Both the position numbers and the translations under genes were made by a program. The notes under the pieces are model-generated. The model saw only the letters and a list, made by a program, of their open reading frames with translations, did no database searches and was not told where the DNA came from. A DNA stretch of 63,082 bases, filler included, from Conidiobolus incongruus B7586 (lineage: Eukaryota), in NCBI GenBank assembly GCA_000697335.1. It is 9 parts of 9 records of this genome, joined end to end, with 100 filler letters (N's around TTAATTAATTAA, not from the genome) between each part and the next. Parts side by side here need not be neighbours in the genome. Positions count along the whole stretch, not along the records: positions 43,336 to 63,082 come from JNEM01006604.1; 8 more parts are not named here. One strand, given 5' to 3'. Of the stretch, positions 56,430-63,082 are shown piece after piece (the stretch's first letter is position 1; each line of letters starts with the position of its first letter).

Positions 56430-57767
56430 ATGCGCGAAGTTATTTCTGTTCACGTTGGTCAAGCTGGTGTCCAAATCGGTAATGCCTGCTGGGAATTGTA
56501 CTGCTTAGAACATGGTATCGGCTTGGATGGTAAGGTTACTAACGAATCTGGACCAATTGGTGGTCCCCAAACTTTTTTCCAAGAAACTTCAAGCGGTAAA
56601 TACGTTCCCCGTACTGTCTTTGTCGACCTTGAACCTTCTGTCGTTGATGAAGTTCGCACTGGTCCCTACCGTCAACTCTTCCACCCCGACACTTTGATCA
56701 GCGGTAAAGAAGATGCTGCCAACAACTATGCTCGTGGTCATTACACCGTTGGTAAGGAAATGATTGATGATGTTGTTGAACGTATCCACAAGCAAGCCGA
56801 AAACTGCTCCGGTCTCCAAGGTTTCTTAATTTTCCACTCCTTTGGTGGTGGTACTGGTTCCGGTTTTGGTGCTCTCCTTTTGGAACGCCTCTCCGTCGAT
56901 TATGGTAAGAAAGCCAAGTTGGAATTCTCTATCTATCCTTCCCCTCAAGTCTCCTCTGCTGTTGTTGAACCATACAACTCCATCCTTACTACTCACAGCA
57001 CTTTGGAACACTCTGACTGTTCCTTCTTGCTCGATAACGAAGCTATTTATGACATTTGTAAAGGCTCTTTGGGTATTGAACGTCCCAACTACACCAATCT
57101 CAACCGTTTGATCGCTCAAGTTGTCTCCTCTGTCACCGCTTCCCTCCGCTTCGGTGGCTCCCTCAATGTCGACTTAGCTGAATTCCAAACCAACTTGGTT
57201 CCCTATCCCCGTATTCACTTCCCTTTGGTTTCTTTCAATCCCATTATTTCCGCTTCCCGCGCCGGTCACGAATCTTCAACTGTTGCCGAAATTTCCACTG
57301 CCTGTTTTGAACCCTCTTCCACCATGGTTAAGTGTGATCCTCGTACTGGTAAGTACATGGCTGCCTGTTTGTTGTACCGTGGTGATGTCACCTCCAAGGA
57401 CTCCACTGCCGCCATTGCTAACCTCCGTACCAAGAAGTCTATTCAATTCGTCGACTGGTCTCCTTGTGGTTTCAAGGTTGGCATCAATGACCAAGCTCCT
57501 ACTGTTGTTCCTGGTGGTGATATGGCTCCCGTCAAGCGTGCTGTCTGTATGTTAAGCAACAACACCGCCATCGCTCAAGCCTGGGCTACCTTGGATCACA
57601 AATTTGATCTCATGTACGCCAAGCGCGCTTTCGTCCACTGGTACGTTGGTGAAGGTATGGAAGAAGGTGAATTCTCCGAAGCTCGTGAAGATTTGGCTGC
57701 TCTCGAAAAGGATTACGAAGAAGTTGCCAGAGATGGTGATGAAGATGATGTTATGGAAGAATATTAG
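56430..57767 (+). CDS. TUBA: Alpha-tubulin, intronless (inverted paralog of 54234-55571)
   Basis: 445-aa ORF with about 23 aa differences from its neighbour by manual count and C-terminal EEY. Confidence 0.98.
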   Translation: MREVISVHVGQAGVQIGNACWELYCLEHGIGLDGKVTNESGPIGGPQTFFQETSSGKYVPRTVFVDLEPSVVDEVRTGPYRQLFHPDTLISGKEDAANNYARGHYTVGKEMIDDVVERIHKQAENCSGLQGFLIFHSFGGGTGSGFGALLLERLSVDYGKKAKLEFSIYPSPQVSSAVVEPYNSILTTHSTLEHSDCSFLLDNEAIYDICKGSLGIERPNYTNLNRLIAQVVSSVTASLRFGGSLNVDLAEFQTNLVPYPRIHFPLVSFNPIISASRAGHESSTVAEISTACFEPSSTMVKCDPRTGKYMAACLLYRGDVTSKDSTAAIANLRTKKSIQFVDWSPCGFKVGINDQAPTVVPGGDMAPVKRAVCMLSNNTAIAQAWATLDHKFDLMYAKRAFVHWYVGEGMEEGEFSEAREDLAALEKDYEEVARDGDEDDVMEEY

Positions 57768-58040
57768 TCATTTCCATTAGATCCAATTATTGGTTTTTAC
57801 TTGCTCAATGGTTATGAATATATAAAGCCATTCTTTCATTTAATTATATTTTATTTATATTCATATTTTTACATTATTAATTTGAATAATTTACTATATA
57901 ATTTATACATGTTAAGAGCTCTGTTGCAATACAGCATTTATGACTTAAATTATATTAAATGATATAGAAAATAGAATAATATAAAAAAGGAGAAATATGT
58001 AATCAATAAAATGAATGGAGCTGCATTCCAAGTTGAATTA

Positions 58041-58113
58041 TGCCTTCTACCAGAATCGAACTGGTGACCTTCCGCTTACTAGGCGGACGCTCTGCCAACT
58101 GAGCCAAGAAGGC
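58041..58113 (-). tRNA. tRNA-Thr(AGT)
   Basis: Exact reverse complement of 60931-61003. The cloverleaf has a GCCTTCT/AGAAGGC acceptor stem, TCCGC-CTAGTAA-GCGGA anticodon arm and GTTCGATTC T-loop. Confidence 0.96.
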
Positions 58114-58709
58114 AACAAGTAGTGGTAATATGATCCGAGGTTAAATCCCCATTAATTGTTTTACATTTAATCTTTGCTTCAAATTTTATTCTATCCAATT
58201 TTCACTATTTCTTTTTCATTATATTATTTTTTATAATTTTACTTCAATCATTACATTTTCATTTTTATAATCGATTTAACTATTATCCTCCAATTTTCTC
58301 ATTACTTTATTAACAAAATCTTATTGAATAATTTTCAAAATCATTAATTTAATATTGAATAAAAATATGATATTTCGAGTTGAATATAGTAAAAATATTT
58401 GCTAGAGTTGGAATTAATATACTTGATATCATTAAAATTTCTCTTTCAACCTTATATATAATCATTTATACATTAATTTAAAGGTACTTTGTTTATTGAA
58501 AGATACATATACTAATATTTGATTAAAAACAGCTGAATTTAATATTGTTATATTTTATTAAAAAATTAAGCCAAAAATTTTCAAGTTTTTAAGTTTCCAT
58601 CAATTATTTCATAAATATATTTAAATTAATTTTTAAACAATTTTTTATTATGGTTAGTATTATTAATTTCAAAAAATATTTTTACTGTGAAAACTTTTTT
58701 CATGATATC

Positions 58710-60137
58710 TTAATTAAACATCTGAATTCTAAATGGATGCGCTTCCGTATTAAATACCCATTGATCCAAATTCAGTGTAGATTGGTCACTAAAGATCAAA
58801 TACAAGTACTTCAAGGTCTCTGCTAGGAAGAAACTCTCCATGACATCGACTCGGGGATCGCCATCCGTAGAATTCGTAATATCTCTGAAGCATGCGAAGC
58901 CAGACGGCGTTTTTGAATGCTGGCGAATGGCTTTGAAACCGGCATAGGCCATCTCCCGATACTTTGGATCCTTGGTGTAATAGTAGCTGTAATAGAGAGA
59001 TTCGAACATTTCGGGTCGGAGGTTACTTGATGGAATGGTGATGGAGATGCCAGAAGTTTGAGAGAATGAAACGACTTCGGGACCCAGTAGGTAGGGATTG
59101 GCTCGATAAGCATTATAGCAAGAATCCATCAAATGTTTTGCAGTTTCTCCATAGTCGGTTCCTGGAATGTGGTAATTTGCGTATTGAAGAAGACCAGGCA
59201 CGAAAAAGGTCAAATGATCCATATACTGTTGGAATACCCCATCTTTGTCATATTCACCAAAATACAGTTGATCATTGTTACCACGACGCATTAGAGACTT
59301 GAGACCCTGCATGGACTCTTGAAACATTGATAGCAGTAGAGGATTTGACTTACCAGTAAGAATATAAGTTTTTAAGAGATATTCATAAAAACTATCTCCC
59401 AAAGCGCCAAATGTCACCTGCTGTGTGATAAATTGACCAGTAAACACATTCAAATATACCGGATAAAGTCCTTGCCTTGTTTTCGGCAACTGGTACAATC
59501 TCTCATAAATCCTCATGACCACTTCTGCATACATTGGATTATTCGTGAGCTGAGATAATCTCACAAACTCCATCTGAACTGATCCAATCTCGGCCAATAT
59601 GGCAATCCCTCGATTCACATCGGGTATCCTTCTAGTGAAATCGTACCTATAGTAGGGAAACCCAGACGGTGTATTGAATGCTGGTAGTAAACTATCAGCT
59701 AATTGGATTGCTTTTTTAAGTAATATAGGTTCATTAGACAAATCATAAGCACTTATTAAACCTCCCAAATAGCGTATAGTAGTTTCAAACACCAGTACAG
59801 GGCCACTTGATCTCGAAAAATCAACCATACTAATCCTTTGAACAGCCAATTGGAATTCCTGCTTGAGGTCCATTAGCCATAACGTCGACAGCGAGTCGAC
59901 CAGTGTTAGGCCCCAGCCCTGAAATCTGGAATTGTCTGCTGTATTGGATATTGGATGTAACTCATCCTGCCCATAAGCATATGTCTTGTACCCCGTCCAA
60001 GCGTGTAAGAATTCTGCCTTAACTTCTTCGCGTCTTGGGTCAATGTCCAATACCAGTTGACTTAATGATGTATGTAATACACATAATAATATTATAAATT
60101 TTTTCATTGTTTTCACAGACGACAAATATCTAATCAT
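58710..60137 (-). CDS. Class I alpha-1,2-mannosidase (glycoside hydrolase family 47), intronless, probably secreted
   Basis: Motifs AWTGYKTYAYGQDELHP, FETTIRYLGGLISAY, LAEIGS, GDSFYEYLLK, LRPE, MESFFLAETLKYLYL and VFNTEAHP are present. A signal peptide-like MKKFIILLCVLHTSLS starts at Met 60107. Confidence 0.95.
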   Translation of the reverse strand: MIRYLSSVKTMKKFIILLCVLHTSLSQLVLDIDPRREEVKAEFLHAWTGYKTYAYGQDELHPISNTADNSRFQGWGLTLVDSLSTLWLMDLKQEFQLAVQRISMVDFSRSSGPVLVFETTIRYLGGLISAYDLSNEPILLKKAIQLADSLLPAFNTPSGFPYYRYDFTRRIPDVNRGIAILAEIGSVQMEFVRLSQLTNNPMYAEVVMRIYERLYQLPKTRQGLYPVYLNVFTGQFITQQVTFGALGDSFYEYLLKTYILTGKSNPLLLSMFQESMQGLKSLMRRGNNDQLYFGEYDKDGVFQQYMDHLTFFVPGLLQYANYHIPGTDYGETAKHLMDSCYNAYRANPYLLGPEVVSFSQTSGISITIPSSNLRPEMFESLYYSYYYTKDPKYREMAYAGFKAIRQHSKTPSGFACFRDITNSTDGDPRVDVMESFFLAETLKYLYLIFSDQSTLNLDQWVFNTEAHPFRIQMFN

Positions 60138-60930
60138 TTATAAATTTTATTAAATACAAATATTAGTTAATTTCCTAAACTTTAAAAAAATTAAAAAAAA
60201 TATTAATTAAAAAAGAACCCAAGATAAAAAATTTTTCAAAGCATGCTTCAATGCCTATTTATTTATTTAATCAATATATTGAAATTCCTCCCAGATTGTC
60301 TCAATCTCCATTCGAATTATGTGGGGAACTCTCTGGTGCATTCGAATCCCTTAGATCAAACTCGCTTTCAATTCATTTTCTTATGGGGTAAAATTGGATT
60401 ATACTTTAACCTTCATAGTTTTTAAATCTATAATAGTTATCTAAAAATGGATCATCTTGGCAGTCCATCTCCATTAAGATCTCAATTTAGATTTGTATTC
60501 AATCATTTGTAATAATAAAATTATTAGTATTATCTAAATTAAGATAATAGATTATAATGTTAGGGAATTTTATAACGTTAATTTATTAACTATGTAGAGT
60601 TAAATTATCAAACGAAGAAAAAAATAGGACGTTGAGTATGATGATAAATAGAGTAAATTTAAATGAATATGAATTATCATTTAGACTTAAAGTAATGATA
60701 TTAATGATGTGATAAAAGTTGAAAAATTTAATAAGGGGACTATTTTGAATAAAAAATAAATAGATAAAAAGAAAATAGAATGTAAATATTGAATATATTA
60801 ACAAATAATTGAGACAAAAATATCAAATTTATTAATATTTAGGAATAAATTATACAATAAAGAATAGTAGGACAAACTCAATTGAAATATAGTATTATAA
60901 TATGATAAATTTCAACTTACATCAATTATC

Positions 60931-61003
60931 GCCTTCTTGGCTCAGTTGGCAGAGCGTCCGCCTAGTAAGCGGAAGGTCACCAGTTCGATTCTGGTAGAAG
61001 GCA
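60931..61003 (+). tRNA. tRNA-Thr(AGT)
   Basis: 73-nt cloverleaf with anticodon AGT and no intron, with a downstream T-run Pol III terminator at ~61018-61024. Confidence 0.96.
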
Positions 61004-61911
61004 AACAAATCTAATAATTTTTTTATTAACATTTTTTGATCATTAAACTATCAAATCATTAAAATGTAAGTACCTCTACTATTTTACAAGTGGCCATACT
61101 GGTCAATTCTCGATGATCATAATATAAAAAATTATAATATAATTTAAATATTCATATATACATCAAGAATGATAAATTCTGAATTTTTATTATTATGAAT
61201 AAAGATTTCTCAACAATAACTTATTTCTACTGATATTGATAAAAAATGAAAGCAAAGATATTGATAGAGTTGACTCAAATTTTGAATTGGACTATAGTGT
61301 TGATAGTCCAGATTAATTATCTATTATATCATTAGATGAAAATTTATATGTTAGATTTGAATAAAATACCTATATTATTTACATATATTAAACTATATAT
61401 TATTTTGTAAATATATTTATTTAGCTAAAATTAAAGATATTAAGAGAGACTATTTATATAAAAGATATAAATTATTTGATAATATAAAATGATATTGATG
61501 TATCATTAAGTTTTTCAAAAAATTATAATATTTGTATTTTTAATCAAAATATTAATGATTTGACATGCAGGAAAATGTTACTATATTTGCAATGCCACTG
61601 AAAGGGTTAATATTTTAAATAATTTATCTTATTCAGATAAATTAATTAATAGGTATTGAATAAAAAGTCCAAATATATTATATAACTCAAATGAAAAAGA
61701 TCTAAAATTCTACTCTTCCTATTAATGATAATATTTATAAAATATGGCAAAGTTAGTAAAATTTTTATTTAAAAGCCATTAAAATTTCTAATATATAAAT
61801 TAATTAGAAATATTTTAAAATTCTCATTATTTTCATCCCTAGTCAATGAAGTTGGAATATATTTGTTAATACTGTTTTCAAATTATTTTATTGATTGAAA
61901 TACAATTTATA

Positions 61912-63082
61912 TATTACTCTGCATTTTTAATAATGGGAATTTTTTGTGATTGAAAATAAATAAATATTTTAATATATAATATATAAAAATAAATATATAA
62001 TATAAAGTTAATAGTTTCCTTTATTATTAATAACTTTTTGCTATACTTTTAACAAAGATCTAACACTTAAAAAACAGTTCTTTTTATTAAAGACTGAAAT
62101 TTGATGTTTCACAAACCAATTAAATTTTTCTGCAGAAATTTTCTTTCCTGTAAGCTAGTTTTTTAATTGCTTAAAGCAATTATAATCATATAAGTTATAA
62201 TCTAAAGAATATACTAGATGTAGTAGTTTTTTCCAGTTATTTCTAATTAGAAAGGTTTTTACAGCTTTAAATTTATGAATTTTGTAATTATCATATAAAA
62301 TAATAGGTTTTCTTAAATTATATTAAAAACACCAATTAGAAATATTTTATTTAAAATAGCAATATAAATTTTATTATTAATTGATTTTCTTTTAAAAACT
62401 AAGTAAGAATAACATATACTATTATCATTTATTATATTAATTAACATTCACTTATTAACAAAATACCTATTTAAAGGGATTTATAGAGGGGGTTAATTTA
62501 ACTTAATCTAATATTTTGATTTGTGTTTTAATAAAAGATTATACATAAAGATTTAAAATTCATCAATTGTAATTATTTGTTGTAAAAGTCTAGGCTTCTA
62601 GTAATATTTTAGTAAGTTTTATTTAGTAATAGCTACTTTAGCTTTTTTTTAAGCTTTAGTTAAATTATAAGTTACCTATTTTATATTTTTATTTATTAAT
62701 TTGAGTTTAAACTTTAATATATATAAAATATTTGTAAAACTAATATTAAAGTGCTTAGATAATTTTCTAGCTAAAATAAAAAAGTACTTTTCAATATATT
62801 TTTTTACTTTATTAATAATTGAAAGAGTAATAGTTAAAGTTAGTTTTTTAGATTTTAACAAGTTTTAGATAGTTTTTCTTTTAGCTTTAAAGTAATTTAC
62901 CTAGTAATAAATTGTTAATTTAGATAATACTTTATTACTAAAAGCTACTTGTAAATTTTAAATAATTTTAAAAGGCTTATGGTTAAGTTTTACTAATACT
63001 AAAATAAAAAACTTTTAATGATTATTATTTAGTTTAAGCATAATTAAATTAAACAACCAATTTTAAAAAATTAATTTTTTAA
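61912..63082 (-). mobile_element. Mariner-like DD34D element, near full length, heavily mutated (continues past window end)
   Basis: Colinear reverse complement of 22312-23430, with the 3' TIR at 61912. Confidence 0.92.

Noticed and set aside
54209..57555. Numerous overlapping and antisense ORFs within the tubulin genes
   Set aside because: By-products of strong codon bias. Their duplication only reflects nucleotide identity of the two genes.
6352..60804. Short Ile/Phe/Leu/Asn/Lys-rich ORFs (6352, 39027, 44838, 49690, 60243, 60586)
   Set aside because: Expected by chance in very AT-rich DNA or antisense to TE relics. Most have non-ATG starts and no motifs.

Overview
Very AT-rich eukaryotic DNA with short (~45-85 nt) GT-AG introns. 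It is most consistent with a fungus, probably an early-diverging Conidiobolus-like lineage; this is inferred from composition and gene style, not proven. The window is a scaffold of 9 contigs joined by 8 artificial 100-nt N44-TTAATTAATTAA-N44 linkers. From left to right: a decayed, ATPase-degenerate Rad50-like C-terminal gene interrupted by a mariner; a 4-copy SDR cluster (2 intact, 2 pseudogenes); a head-to-head pair of 64-codon Ser/Pro-rich microprotein genes with a conserved S/T-x3 phospho-relay motif; two tandem transmembrane RING-H2 E3 ligases; an intronless double-hotdog acyl-CoA thioesterase; a 4-copy intronless alpha-tubulin cluster (one divergent, one pseudogene, and a gene-converted head-to-head pair); and an intronless GH47 alpha-1,2-mannosidase flanked by two identical, inverted tRNA-Thr(AGT) genes. 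About ten Tc1 (DD34E) and mariner (DD34D) copies are scattered through the window, several nested. They are riddled with CpA->TpA / TpG->TpA transitions resembling repeat-induced point mutation (RIP), while the near-identical tubulin pair is untouched. All alignments and counts were done by eye.
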